Source of the DNA: Janibacter sp.
GTDB lineage: Bacteria; Actinomycetota; Actinomycetes; Actinomycetales; Dermatophilaceae
Direction of reading: 5' to 3'
DNA length: 47,947 bases
Assembly (NCBI GenBank): GCA_052087725.1
Contig: JBQGNO010000002.1
Coordinates: forward strand, 1 to 47,947
The translations under genes and the position numbers were made by a program. Each line of letters begins with the position of its first letter. Position 1 is the stretch's first letter. The notes under the pieces were generated by a model. That model was not told the DNA's origin and made no database searches. It saw only the letters and a program-made list of their open reading frames with translations. Below, piece after piece: positions 8,287 through 18,184 of this stretch.

Positions 8287-9953
8287 CGCAGGACCAGCTC
8301 CCGGTAGCCCGCCTCGTGGGCCAGGTCGTGGTGGCTGCCCTCGGCGACGATCCGGCCCTCGCGCACGAGGACGACCCGGTCGGCGCGGGCGAGGAGCGCG
8401 GGGCTGCTCGTGAGCAGCCACGTGGTGCGTCCGGCCCGGGCGGCACGGATGCCGTCGGCGATGCGGTGCTCGGTGACCGCGTCGACGGCCGTCGTCGGGT
8501 CGTGGAGGACGAGCACCGGGGCGGTGGCGGCCAGGGCACGGGCCAGGGCGATCCGCTGGCGCTGACCGCCGGACCAGGTCGCGCCGTCGGGGCTGAGGTG
8601 CTCGTCGAGGCCGTCCGCGGCGAGCTCGACGACGTCGGCGGCGCTCGACCGCTCGAGGAGCTCGGCGATCTCCCCGTCGTCGAGGCGGTCGTGCGGGTCG
8701 AGGTTGCTGCGCAGGCTCCCTTCGAAGAGGTCGACGTGGTGCGGGCTCACGAGGAGGTGCGCCCGTCGCTCGCTCGTGGACAGCGTGGCGGCATCCGCCC
8801 CGCCGAGGATGACCTCGCCGGAGTCCTCGCCGGCGAGCATCCGCATGATCGCGTCGGCCTCGGCCGGGTCGGCCACGGCCAGGCCGAGGATCTCGCCGGG
8901 CTCGCAGGTGAGGCGATCGCCGCCGGGCAGGGTCAGGCCGAGGGTCGCGGCCCCGGGGGCCTTCTCGGTGCCGCCGGCGACGAGGCGGGGGGTGTGCAGG
9001 TACGCGGAGATCCGTCGCGCGGCGGCGAGTGACCGGGCGGTGAAGGCGCTGATCTCCCCGAGCATCTGCAGTGGCTCGGCGAGGAACTGGGTCAGGCCGA
9101 CGACGGCGACGAGCTCACCGATCGTGATCTCGCCACGCACGGCCTTGTGCCCGGCGATGAGGGCGACGACGGCGAGGAAGAGCCCGGACAGCAGGCCGGT
9201 CAGGCCGGTCATCATCCCGACCGAGGACGTGGAGCTGATGCCGGCCAGCTGGGCACGGCGGCTGAGCCGGCGGTAGCGCTGGCCGGCGACGTGTTCCCCG
9301 CCGATCCCCTTGAGCACCCGCAGGCCACGGACGAGGTCGGTCGCGGAGCCGCTCGCGTCGGCGATGCCCTCCTGCTGGCGCTCGGTGCGCCGCGAGATCA
9401 CCGGGGTGACGAGCTGGGCCAGCCCGAGGACGAGCGGCACCCCGAGGACGACGACGAAGCCGAGCGCGGTGTCGATGCGGAAGAGCACGACGGCGGCGAC
9501 GCCGATGGACAGCACCGCGGACACGGCGAAGCCGACGAGTCGGACGAAGAGCCCGACGAGCTCGGCGTCGGCGGAGGCGAGCGAGAGCGTCTGCCCGGGC
9601 AGGGCGGTGGAGCGCACCCCGCGCGGGTGCAGGGCATGGGCGGCGATCTCCACCCGGATCGCGTGGGTCTCCTGCTCGACGACCGCGACGATGTGCCGGG
9701 CTCCGAACCGGTAGGCGAAGCTGAGCACGGCGAAGAGTCCCGCGAAGGCGAGCAGCAGGACGACGAGCGAGGTGACCTCGGAGGTGGCCACCGCGCGGTC
9801 GATGACCACGCCGATCATCACCGGGACGAAGGTCTCGCACAGCTGCCAGACGACGAGCAGGGCGACGCCGAGGGCGAGGCGACCTCGGTGCCGGGACATG
9901 CACCGGACGAGCATCCCCCGGGGTGTGGGAGGCGGGGGCGGGTCGTCGATCAC
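8283..9953 (-). CDS. ABC exporter TMD-NBD subunit with degenerate Walker A (heterodimer partner)
   Basis: TMD; signature WSGGQRQR intact; Walker B VLVLHDPT; no GxxGxGKS/T. Confidence 0.9.
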   Translation of the reverse strand: MIDDPPPPPTPRGMLVRCMSRHRGRLALGVALLVVWQLCETFVPVMIGVVIDRAVATSEVTSLVVLLLAFAGLFAVLSFAYRFGARHIVAVVEQETHAIRVEIAAHALHPRGVRSTALPGQTLSLASADAELVGLFVRLVGFAVSAVLSIGVAAVVLFRIDTALGFVVVLGVPLVLGLAQLVTPVISRRTERQQEGIADASGSATDLVRGLRVLKGIGGEHVAGQRYRRLSRRAQLAGISSTSSVGMMTGLTGLLSGLFLAVVALIAGHKAVRGEITIGELVAVVGLTQFLAEPLQMLGEISAFTARSLAAARRISAYLHTPRLVAGGTEKAPGAATLGLTLPGGDRLTCEPGEILGLAVADPAEADAIMRMLAGEDSGEVILGGADAATLSTSERRAHLLVSPHHVDLFEGSLRSNLDPHDRLDDGEIAELLERSSAADVVELAADGLDEHLSPDGATWSGGQRQRIALARALAATAPVLVLHDPTTAVDAVTEHRIADGIRAARAGRTTWLLTSSPALLARADRVVLVREGRIVAEGSHHDLAHEAGYRELVLR

Positions 9954-9989
9954 GGCCCATGGCTACCACGTCGGTGACGACAACCCGTA

Positions 9990-10028
9990 GTTACTCAGCG
10001 GTATACAAATTAATTACTCGTAAGTAAT
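9990..10028. promoter_or_regulatory. AT-rich divergent promoter with a TTACT-N4-AGTAA palindromic operator
   Basis: ATTACT-CGTA-AGTAAT at 10013-10028, plus a degenerate copy TTACT-CAGC-GGTAT at 9991-10004. Confidence 0.65.
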
Positions 10029-10068
10029 GTGAAGCAGGTCTCCCCGCCGCCACCGATCGGAGCCGCAC

Positions 10069-12165
10069 GTGTCCTCCCCTTCGTCCCGTCGCCACCCCTC
10101 GCGACGCCGCACCCACCGGCTCCTCCCGCTCGTCGCTGCGGTGCTCACGGCACTGGTCGTCGTGGGGACGCCGGGGGCGAGCGCCGGGCCCACCCCCTGG
10201 TACGAGCAGAGCGATCCCCAGGCGCGGGACTCCGAGCTCAATGTCACCGGTGCGCCGGCGAAGGGCACCACCCCGCAGGGTGAGGTGCGTGGCTTCATCG
10301 ATGCGCACACGCACCTGATGTCCAACGAGGGCTTCGGCGGCGACATCGTCTGCGGCAAGACCTTCAGCGAGCTCGGCATCGAGGACGCCCTCACCGACTG
10401 CCACAGCCACGGCACGGACGGGCGCACCGCCCTGATCGAGAACCTCACCCACCTCGAGGGCAAGGGGCCGGTGGACCCGCACGACACCGACCTCTACCCG
10501 ACCTTCGCGGACGCTCCCAAGTGGTCCTCGTTGACCCATCAGCAGATGTACTACCGCTGGATCGAGCGCGCCTGGCGGGGCGGGCAGCGGATCATGGTCG
10601 CCGACACGGTGAACAACAACGTCCTGTGCTCCCTGCCGACGCAGGTCAACACGCACTCCTGCAACGACATGGACACCGTGCGCCGGCAGGTGAAGAAGAC
10701 CAAGGAGCTCGAGGCCTTCATCGACGAGCGCCACGGTGGCCCCGGCAAGGGCTGGTTCCGCATCGCCTACTCGCCGCAGGAGGCACGGAAGTACATCGAG
10801 CAGGGCAAGCTCGCGGTGATCCTCGGCATGGAGGTCTCCAACCCCTTCGGCTGCGGGATGGCCGTCGGTATCGCCAAGTGCTCGAAGAAGCAGATCGACG
10901 CGGGCCTGGACGAGGCGAAGGAGCTGGGCATCCGCTCGATGTTCATGTGCCACAAGTTCGACAACGCCCTGTGCGGGGTGCGCTTCGACGAGGGCACCCA
11001 GGGGGTCGTCGTCAACGTCGGCAACTTCCTCAACACGGGGCAGTTCTGGCAGGTCGAGCAGTGCACGGGCCGGCTGCACGACAACACGGTCGAGGGCGGG
11101 GTGATCCCGCCGAAGGTGGCGAAGTACGCCAAGGGGCAGGTCCTGCCGATCTATCCGGAAGGGCCGCACTGCAACACCCGGGGCCTCACCGAGCTCGGGG
11201 AGTACACCCTGCGCGGGATGATGGACCGCGGACTCATGGTCGAGCTCGACCACCAGGGCGTGAAGTCCGCCAAGCGGACGATGGAGATCCTCGAGGCGGA
11301 GGGCTATCCCGGTGTCCTCTCGAGCCACTCGTGGATGGACAAGCACTTCACCGAGCGCATCTACAAGCTCGGTGGCTTCATCACCCAGTACGGCCACGAC
11401 GCGCGCAGCTTCGTCGAGGAGGGGGCGAAGGAGCACCCGGTCCGCGAGCAGTACGACGTCGGCTACGGCTTCGGGATGGACATGAATGGCTTCGGGGGGA
11501 CCCCGCCGCCCCGTGACGACGCCGAGGAGAAGCCACTGAAGTACCCCTTCGCCCCGAAGGTCGGGAAGGGCACGATCGACCGCCAGGTCACGGGCCAGCG
11601 GGTCTGGGACTACAACCGGGACGGCGTCGCCCACTACGGGATGATCCCGGACTGGATCGAGGACATGACGACCATCGGTGGGGCGGACGGCCAGCAGGTC
11701 GTCGAGGACCTCACCCGCGGTCCGGAGTCCTACCTGCGCACCTGGCAGAGCACGAGCGAGTGGGAGCCCGGGCAGGACCTGACGAAGGGGGCCGTGGCCA
11801 CCGCGAGCAGCACGCAGCGCAGCCTCGTCGGCTCCTACCGGGCCGGCGGTGCGATCGACGACCGGCGCGACACCCGGTGGGGGAGCCGGTGGGGCGATGA
11901 CGCCTGGTGGCAGGTCGACTTCGGCACCCCGCGGCAGGTGCAGCGCATCACCCTCGACTGGGAGACCGCCCACGCCGAGCGGTACCGCGTCCAGACGAGC
12001 CTGGACGGCGAGGACTGGGACACGGTGAAGACCGTCGCCGACTCCGATGGCGGCATCGACACGGCCCGGCTCGACCCGACCTCCGCGCGCTACGTCCGCC
12101 TCGTCACCGACGAGCGGGCCACGAGGTACGGCGTCTCCCTGCGGGAGGTGACGATCACCAGCTGA
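10069..12165 (+). CDS. Secreted metallo-amidohydrolase (membrane dipeptidase/sphingolipid ceramide N-deacylase-like) with a C-terminal F5/8 type C (discoidin) domain
   Basis: Signal peptide; GFIDAHTHL, ELDH, SSHSW and GMDMNG motifs; C-terminal AIDD-TRWGS-WWQVDFG-ARYVRL. Confidence 0.8.
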   Translation: MSSPSSRRHPSRRRTHRLLPLVAAVLTALVVVGTPGASAGPTPWYEQSDPQARDSELNVTGAPAKGTTPQGEVRGFIDAHTHLMSNEGFGGDIVCGKTFSELGIEDALTDCHSHGTDGRTALIENLTHLEGKGPVDPHDTDLYPTFADAPKWSSLTHQQMYYRWIERAWRGGQRIMVADTVNNNVLCSLPTQVNTHSCNDMDTVRRQVKKTKELEAFIDERHGGPGKGWFRIAYSPQEARKYIEQGKLAVILGMEVSNPFGCGMAVGIAKCSKKQIDAGLDEAKELGIRSMFMCHKFDNALCGVRFDEGTQGVVVNVGNFLNTGQFWQVEQCTGRLHDNTVEGGVIPPKVAKYAKGQVLPIYPEGPHCNTRGLTELGEYTLRGMMDRGLMVELDHQGVKSAKRTMEILEAEGYPGVLSSHSWMDKHFTERIYKLGGFITQYGHDARSFVEEGAKEHPVREQYDVGYGFGMDMNGFGGTPPPRDDAEEKPLKYPFAPKVGKGTIDRQVTGQRVWDYNRDGVAHYGMIPDWIEDMTTIGGADGQQVVEDLTRGPESYLRTWQSTSEWEPGQDLTKGAVATASSTQRSLVGSYRAGGAIDDRRDTRWGSRWGDDAWWQVDFGTPRQVQRITLDWETAHAERYRVQTSLDGEDWDTVKTVADSDGGIDTARLDPTSARYVRLVTDERATRYGVSLREVTITS

Positions 12166-12172
12166 GTGGCCG

Positions 12173-12279
12173 GTGGCTTCGAGGTTCGTCGCTGGCGCTC
12201 CTCGCGCCTCAACCACCGTCTCCACACACACGGTGGTTGAGGTGCGACAGGCCGTCTTCGGCCTGAGCCTCGAAACCAC
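12173..12279. repeat. REP-like element, inverted doublet
   Basis: GTGGCTTCGAGG...CCTCAACCACCG (12173-12218) and an inverted copy (12231-12279). Confidence 0.8.
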
Positions 12280-12378
12280 GATCGGCCGCACCGGCATGGG
12301 GAGTCCTCCCCAGTGCTACCGCGATCCTCACTCCGTAGAGTGGCGACCGTCCACACCACGGAAGCGAAGGGGAGCGCA

Positions 12379-13371
12379 GTGCCGCCCACGAGCAGGATCA
12401 GCAAGGACCAGATGGAGCGTGCTCGCGTCCTCGTCGCCTCGATCGACAAGGGCTTCGAGTCGAAGGTCGTCGGGCAGCGGCGATTGCGCGAGACCCTCCT
12501 CATTGGTCTGCTGACGACCGGCCACGTGCTCCTCGAGTCCGTGCCCGGCCTGGCCAAGACGACCGCGGCGCACGCGCTGGCCACGGCGATCGGTGGCTCC
12601 TTCAAGCGCATCCAGTGCACCCCCGACCTCCTGCCGAGCGACATCGTCGGGACCCAGATCTACGACGCGAGCCAGGGCACCTTCGTCACCCAGCTCGGCC
12701 CCGTCCACGCCAACTTCGTCCTCCTCGACGAGATCAACCGCAGCTCGGCCAAGACCCAGTCGGCGATGCTCGAGGCGATGCAGGAGCGGCAGACCTCGAT
12801 CGGCGGCCAGGTCTTCAAGGTGCCCGAGCCCTTCCTCGTCCTCGCGACCCAGAACCCCATCGAGCAGGAGGGCACCTACGTCCTCCCCGAGGCGCAGCTC
12901 GACCGCTTCATGCTCAAGGACCTGCTCGACTACCCGAGCCCCGCGGAGGAGGCGGAGGTCGTGCGCCGCATCGACGCGGGCGTCTTCGACCAGCCCGACC
13001 GCTCGATGATCAGCATCGCCGACGCGCGTGAGCTGCAGGGGCTGGCGGCGTCGGTCTACCTCGACGCGGCGATCCTCGACTACATCACCTTCCTCGTGGC
13101 GGCGACCCGCACCCCGACCAAGGTCATGTCGCCGGAGATGGCGCGGTACGTCGAGATCGGCGCGAGCCCCCGGGCCTCGATCGCCCTGGCCAAGGCGGCG
13201 CGTGCCTCGGCGCTCCTGCAGGGACGCGACCATGTCATCCCCGAGGACGTGCGGCACCTGGCGCACCGCGTGCTGCGCCACCGCGTCCTGCTCACCTACG
13301 AGGCCACCGCCGACGACGTGCGGGTCGAGACGATCATCGACGCGATCGTCCGTGGCGTGCGCACGCCGTAG
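12379..13371 (+). CDS. moxR: MoxR family AAA+ ATPase
   Basis: HVLLESVPGLAKT, RIQCTPDLLPSD, LLDEINR, ATQNPIEQEGTY and LPEAQLDRF motifs; GTG start after AGGGGAG. Confidence 0.95.
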   Translation: MPPTSRISKDQMERARVLVASIDKGFESKVVGQRRLRETLLIGLLTTGHVLLESVPGLAKTTAAHALATAIGGSFKRIQCTPDLLPSDIVGTQIYDASQGTFVTQLGPVHANFVLLDEINRSSAKTQSAMLEAMQERQTSIGGQVFKVPEPFLVLATQNPIEQEGTYVLPEAQLDRFMLKDLLDYPSPAEEAEVVRRIDAGVFDQPDRSMISIADARELQGLAASVYLDAAILDYITFLVAATRTPTKVMSPEMARYVEIGASPRASIALAKAARASALLQGRDHVIPEDVRHLAHRVLRHRVLLTYEATADDVRVETIIDAIVRGVRTP

Positions 13372-13377
13372 GACGCC

Positions 13378-14259
13378 ATGAGCACGCTCCTGCACAAGGT
13401 CAAGGGAAAGCTGTCGATCCACGTGCGTCGCCGGTCGATCGCCCTGCTCGACGGTGGCTATGCCTCGGTCCACAAGGGGCGGTCGATGGACTTCGACGAC
13501 CTGCGGGAGTACGCGGCCGGCGACGACGTCCGTGACATCGACTGGCGGGCCTCGGCCCGGCACGGGTCGATGCTCATCAAGCGCTATGTGGCCGAACGCC
13601 ACTTCTCCCTCGTCGTCGTCATGCCCGCCGGGCGGGAGATGTCCGCCCTCGCGGCCGGCGGCGAGCCCAAGCGGGATGTCGCGGTCATGGCCGTCGGGGT
13701 CCTCGGATGGCTCGCCGTCCGGCACGGTGACGACATCTCGATGGTCAGCCGTGGTCCGACCCGGATCCACGCGACCCGGTCACGGTCCTCCGAGGGGCAT
13801 CTCGAGGCGCTCCTGCAGGAGACGGTCGCCGCCTCGCAACCGGACTCACCCCCTTCGGACCTGCCGGAGCTGCTGCGCCACGTGGCCCGCACCGTCCGAG
13901 GCCGCAAGGTCCTGCTCATCGTCGCCGATGACGGGATCGATGCCCCGCGGGTCGAGGAGGTCCTGCGTACTCTGCGCCTGCGACACGAGGTGCTGTGGGT
14001 CGATGTCGCCGATCTCGACCCCCTCGCGCTGCCTCCGCAGACCCAGGTGCGTGATGTGACCTCGGGCCAGCCCCTGCCCGACCTGCTCATCGAGGACCGC
14101 CGGCTGGCGGGCGACTTCGGCGCGGCGGAGCACCAGCGCCGGGCCGATGTCGCCGCGATGCTGCGCCGCACCGATGTCTCGGCCGCCCGCGTCGGGCACA
14201 CCGACGAGGTCGTGCCGATGATCGTGCGGATGCTGGAGAAGAGGCGTCGTGGTCGCTGA
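13378..14259 (+). CDS. DUF58 domain protein
   Basis: GRSMDFDDLREY..GDDVRDIDWRASAR; follows moxR. Confidence 0.92.
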   Translation: MSTLLHKVKGKLSIHVRRRSIALLDGGYASVHKGRSMDFDDLREYAAGDDVRDIDWRASARHGSMLIKRYVAERHFSLVVVMPAGREMSALAAGGEPKRDVAVMAVGVLGWLAVRHGDDISMVSRGPTRIHATRSRSSEGHLEALLQETVAASQPDSPPSDLPELLRHVARTVRGRKVLLIVADDGIDAPRVEEVLRTLRLRHEVLWVDVADLDPLALPPQTQVRDVTSGQPLPDLLIEDRRLAGDFGAAEHQRRADVAAMLRRTDVSAARVGHTDEVVPMIVRMLEKRRRGR

Positions 14260-14722
14260 GCCCATCTACCTCCCGCCCCAGGACTACTCGGTCTTCTGGC
14301 CCGTCCTCGGCGGATTCATCCTCTTCGGCCTGCTCATCTGGGCCATGTCCGTGTGGATGCTCACCCGGGCTCCGGAGGAAGGGGGCGGCGCCGGCTCGCT
14401 CCCGCCCGAGGCCCTGATGAAGCTGCGCCGTGAGGCCCTCGCCCGGATCGACGAGGTCGAGGAGTCCGTCGCCTCCGGCAGGATGCCGGCGCGCCGCGGC
14501 CACCACGAGCTGTCGAAGGTCGTGCGCGGGTTCGTCAGCCGCACCACCGGTCTGGAGGCGGACACGATGACCGCCGTCGACCTGCGCGAGCGCGGCCCGG
14601 CGCATCTCGCGACCCTCATCGAGGAGTACTACCCGCGGCAGTTCGGCAGCGAGGAGGCCGACCGGCCGAGCATCGCCCGGTCCGCGGGATCCGCACGCAC
14701 GGTCATCGGGGGGTGGTCGTGA
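14249..14722 (+). CDS. Small single-TM accessory protein of the MoxR/VWA operon
   Basis: One TM helix followed by a helical domain; overlaps both neighbours. Confidence 0.75.
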   Translation: MVAEPIYLPPQDYSVFWPVLGGFILFGLLIWAMSVWMLTRAPEEGGGAGSLPPEALMKLRREALARIDEVEESVASGRMPARRGHHELSKVVRGFVSRTTGLEADTMTAVDLRERGPAHLATLIEEYYPRQFGSEEADRPSIARSAGSARTVIGGWS

Positions 14723-15705
14723 TGAACCTCGCCTGGTGGTGGATGCCCCTGCTCGTGATCCTCGCGGCGCTCGCCGTCGCCGGCCTCGGCTGGTGGATGG
14801 CCGGGCGCGACTCGACGAAGGGCGATGCCGTCCTCGTCGCCCACACGCGCCGCCTGACCCGCCTGCCGGCCTACAGGGCCGCCCTCGGCCGGCAGCAGGC
14901 CCGGCTCGTCGGGCTGGCCGTGCTCATCGGGGTGATCCTGCTGCCGCTGGCCATCGCGGCAGGCCGTCCGGGGACCGAGCAGACGATCGACCCGGAGAAG
15001 CGCAACCGCGACATCATGCTCTGCCTCGACGTGTCGGGCTCGATGTTCGCCACGGACAAGGCGGTGCTCAACGACTTCGCGGAGATCGTCGACAACTTCG
15101 AGGGGGAGCGGATCGGCCTCGTGCTCTTCAACAACCAGGCGGTGACCGCCTTCCCGCTCACCGACGACTACCAGCTCGTCTCCGACCAGCTCGAGGGTTA
15201 TGCGGACGGCTTCTCCTACTTCAGCGACAGCGAGTTCGACCCGCTCGCCGGGACCGCCAACCCACGCATCCCCGCGAGCTCCCTCGTCGGCGACGGCCTC
15301 GCCAGCTGCGTCAACAACTTCGACCACGCCGACGAGGACCGCCCCCGCGCGATCATCCTCGGCTCGGACAACGAGGTCCACGGCTCCGGCGTCTACACGC
15401 TCGGGGAGGCGGCCGACCTGGCCACGGAGCAGAACGTGCGCGTCTACGCCCTCAACCCGAAGGCGACGGGCACGAACCACGCCCAGCTCTCGGAGGCCAG
15501 CGAGCGCACCGGCGGCCGCGCCTGGGCGCTCGACTCGGCCGGGGCGACCGACGACGTGACGCGCAGCATCGAGGAGCTCGAGGCAGAGCGCCTGCCCGAT
15601 GTCGCGCCCGTCCACGTGCGCACCGACCTGCCGACGGTCCCGATGGTCCTCGGGATGCTCGGGCTCCTCTGCCTCTACCCGCTCCTGTGGTGGTGGCGCC
15701 GATGA
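14719..15705 (+). CDS. Membrane-anchored VWA domain protein (BatA-like)
   Basis: MIDAS LDVSGS, RIGLVLF and PLTDD motifs; N- and C-terminal TM helices. Confidence 0.9.
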   Translation: MMNLAWWWMPLLVILAALAVAGLGWWMAGRDSTKGDAVLVAHTRRLTRLPAYRAALGRQQARLVGLAVLIGVILLPLAIAAGRPGTEQTIDPEKRNRDIMLCLDVSGSMFATDKAVLNDFAEIVDNFEGERIGLVLFNNQAVTAFPLTDDYQLVSDQLEGYADGFSYFSDSEFDPLAGTANPRIPASSLVGDGLASCVNNFDHADEDRPRAIILGSDNEVHGSGVYTLGEAADLATEQNVRVYALNPKATGTNHAQLSEASERTGGRAWALDSAGATDDVTRSIEELEAERLPDVAPVHVRTDLPTVPMVLGMLGLLCLYPLLWWWRR

Positions 15706-16673
15706 GCCTGCACCCCGTCATCCCGTGGCCGATCGTCGTCGTCATCGGCCTGCTCCTCGTGGGCTTCACCACGTGGCGCCTCATCGCCGACCCCCGACAC
15801 CGGGTGCGGTGGGGGCTGCGCCTGGGGACCAGCCTCGTCATGGTCCTCGCGCTGCTCGGCCCGGCGGTCAACGGTGGGATCGCCAAGCAGGCGGCCTCCG
15901 ACGTCAACGTCTTCTTCGTCGTCGACACCACGACCTCGGCGATGGCCCGCGACTACCAGGGCGACCAGACCCGCCTCGAGGGGTATCGCGAGGACATCGC
16001 GAAGATCCAGGAGGAGATGCCCGGGGCCCGCTTCTCGATCATCACCTTCGACTACGCGGCCCGGGTGGTCATGCCGCTCACGACCGACACCACTGCCCTG
16101 CAGACCGCGGCGGAGAACATGACGCCCGAGAACTCGCTGTACTCCGGTGGGTCGTCGGTGACCGTCGCCGACGAGCAGCTGCGCACGACCCTCGAGGGTG
16201 CCCAGGAGCGCACCCCGGAGCGTTCGCGGATCGTCTTCTACCTCGGGGACGGCGAGCAGACCGCGTCGAGCGAGCCCTCCGCCTTCGATGTCGGTGACCT
16301 CGTCGACGGCGGCGCCGTCCTCGGCTACGGCACGAAGGAGGGCGGGAAGATGGCCACGACACGGGGTGACGGGTCCACGGGCGACGACGTCAAGGACGCC
16401 GAGGGCAACCCGGGTATCAGCACCATCGACGAGAAGCAGCTCGAGGCGGTCGCCGACCAGCTGGGCGTCCCGTACACCCACCGTGAGGGCGGAGACATCG
16501 CGCCGGCGATGGACGAGGCCGACCCCGGGACGACGACCGACGCCGAGGGCGCCGAGATCGAGATCTACACCTCGATCGTCTGGGTCTTCGCGATCCTCCT
16601 CGCGATCCTGCTGTCCATCGACCTCTTCTATGTCATCCGCGAGATCGGTCGACTCAGGAGGGCCACCCCATGA
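15702..16673 (+). CDS. Membrane-anchored VWA domain protein (BatB-like)
   Basis: FVVDTTTS (variant MIDAS), MPLTTD, YLGDGE and GYGTKEGG motifs; ATGA overlap with the upstream gene. Confidence 0.9.
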   Translation: MSLHPVIPWPIVVVIGLLLVGFTTWRLIADPRHRVRWGLRLGTSLVMVLALLGPAVNGGIAKQAASDVNVFFVVDTTTSAMARDYQGDQTRLEGYREDIAKIQEEMPGARFSIITFDYAARVVMPLTTDTTALQTAAENMTPENSLYSGGSSVTVADEQLRTTLEGAQERTPERSRIVFYLGDGEQTASSEPSAFDVGDLVDGGAVLGYGTKEGGKMATTRGDGSTGDDVKDAEGNPGISTIDEKQLEAVADQLGVPYTHREGGDIAPAMDEADPGTTTDAEGAEIEIYTSIVWVFAILLAILLSIDLFYVIREIGRLRRATP

Positions 16674-17419
16674 GCACCCCCGTCGAGCCGCGACTGCGCC
16701 GCCGGCGCCGCCTGATCTGGGCGAGCGTCCTCCCGGCACTCGTCCTCATCGTCCTGGCCATCCGCCTGCTCACCCTGCCGGTGTACATGGGGCAGGCCCA
16801 GGACGCCCACAGCACCGATGACGGCACGGGCATGGTGTCCGCCGCCGACAAGCTGGGCATCCTCAACATCGTCGAGCGCTGGCGGGCGCCCTTCGTCGAG
16901 GGGACCGGCAAGTCGGTCTCCGGTGACCTCAAGGGTGGCCGCTCCGATCTCGAGCTGGCCCTGGGGCGCACCGACGACCCTCAGGACGACTGCACTGTGC
17001 GCACCAACCTCGTCATCACGATCTCCCAGCAGGCCGACCAGGCGGAGAAGGACGGGGACGACAAGCGGAAGAAGTCGCTCGCCAAGGAGGGCCTCGCCCT
17101 GATCAAGGAGGGCCCGGAGGGCTGCCTCAACGGTCAGAAGGACGGCAACGGCGGCGACGCCGGCCGCAAGCAGCAGGAGGAGAAGGACAAGCTCGAGGAG
17201 CAGTCCGGGCAGAAGAAGAAGGACGAGAAGAAGGACGATCAGAAGAAGGACAAGGACGACAAGGACAAGAAGGGGGGCTCCGGCGGCGCGCCGGAGGACC
17301 CGAAGAAGGAGGAGCTGCAGAAGCGCAACCAGCAGGGCCAGGCGGAGTCGGAGGAGCGCAAGCGCCAGAAGGAGGCCGACGAGGAGGGCAACCCCGGTGG
17401 GGTCGAGAAGCCCTGGTGA
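16670..17419 (+). CDS. Membrane-anchored TPR-like protein with a charged low-complexity tail (BatC-like)
   Basis: N-terminal TM, helical segment with two Cys, K/D/E/Q-rich tail ending VEKPW. Confidence 0.7.
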   Translation: MSTPVEPRLRRRRRLIWASVLPALVLIVLAIRLLTLPVYMGQAQDAHSTDDGTGMVSAADKLGILNIVERWRAPFVEGTGKSVSGDLKGGRSDLELALGRTDDPQDDCTVRTNLVITISQQADQAEKDGDDKRKKSLAKEGLALIKEGPEGCLNGQKDGNGGDAGRKQQEEKDKLEEQSGQKKKDEKKDDQKKDKDDKDKKGGSGGAPEDPKKEELQKRNQQGQAESEERKRQKEADEEGNPGGVEKPW

Positions 17420-17422
17420 CCC

Positions 17423-18163
17423 TCAGCGCTCGTCGAGCATGAGGTCGATGGTGTAGTCCTCCGCGCGGTAGGCGTGGTCGCCGAACTCGATCGCTGCGCC
17501 GGACGCGTCGAAGGCCATGCGGGTCATCGTCAGCACCGGCTGCCCGCTGCGCAGGCCGAGCTCGCGACGCTCCTTGGCCGACGGCATCCGCGCCCCGATC
17601 GACTGGCGGGCGACGACCGGCTTGACGCCTCGGCGCCGCAGGAGCGCGTAGAGCCCCTGCTGCTCGAGGTCCTCCCGGGTGATGTCGGAGTGGGCGGGCG
17701 GGAGCCAGTTGTGCATGATCGCCAGCGGCAGGTCGCCGGCTGAGCGGACCCGGACGATCGAGAGCATCTCGGTGTCGGGCTCGAGGTCGAGCGCGGCGGC
17801 GGCCCGCTCGTCGGTGCGGGTCTCCATCTCGAGGACGCTCGTGCGGGGCTCGCGCCCCTCGGCCTCGAGGTCGTCGAAGAGCGAGGACAGGCGTGCTCGA
17901 CGGTGGACCTTGCGGTTGGCGACGGTGGTGCCCAGGCCACGACGCCGTACGAGCAGGCCCTGGTCGACCATCTCCTGGTTGGCGCGACGCACGGTGGGGC
18001 GGGAGAGCCCGAGCCGGCCGGCGCGGGCGACCTCGTTCTCGAAGGGGTCGCCGGGCTCGAGCCGTCCGTCGTCGATCGCGGCGGTCAGCTGCTCGGCGAG
18101 CTGGTGGTAGAGGGGCACCGGCGACTCGCGGTCGATGACCACCTCGAGCTGCAGTGCGGACAT
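17423..18163 (-). CDS. GntR/HutC-family regulator (wHTH+UTRA), probable inositol regulator
   Basis: SPVPLYHQL, LSRPTVRRA and RRRGLGT motifs, UTRA domain; divergent from the iol operon. Confidence 0.9.
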   Translation of the reverse strand: MSALQLEVVIDRESPVPLYHQLAEQLTAAIDDGRLEPGDPFENEVARAGRLGLSRPTVRRANQEMVDQGLLVRRRGLGTTVANRKVHRRARLSSLFDDLEAEGREPRTSVLEMETRTDERAAAALDLEPDTEMLSIVRVRSAGDLPLAIMHNWLPPAHSDITREDLEQQGLYALLRRRGVKPVVARQSIGARMPSAKERRELGLRSGQPVLTMTRMAFDASGAAIEFGDHAYRAEDYTIDLMLDER

Positions 18164-18184
18164 GCCGGGAGCATACGGGAGGGG

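Noticed and set aside
9991-12297. 768-aa minus-strand ORF and similar long antisense ORFs (3400-5121, 23222-25324, 44172-45896)
   Set aside because: These are shadow frames of well-supported genes, expected in high-GC DNA, and show no recognisable motifs.
17190-17400. Purine-rich low-complexity tract as a DNA repeat element
   Set aside because: It is explained by the Lys/Asp/Glu-rich tail of the BatC-like protein.
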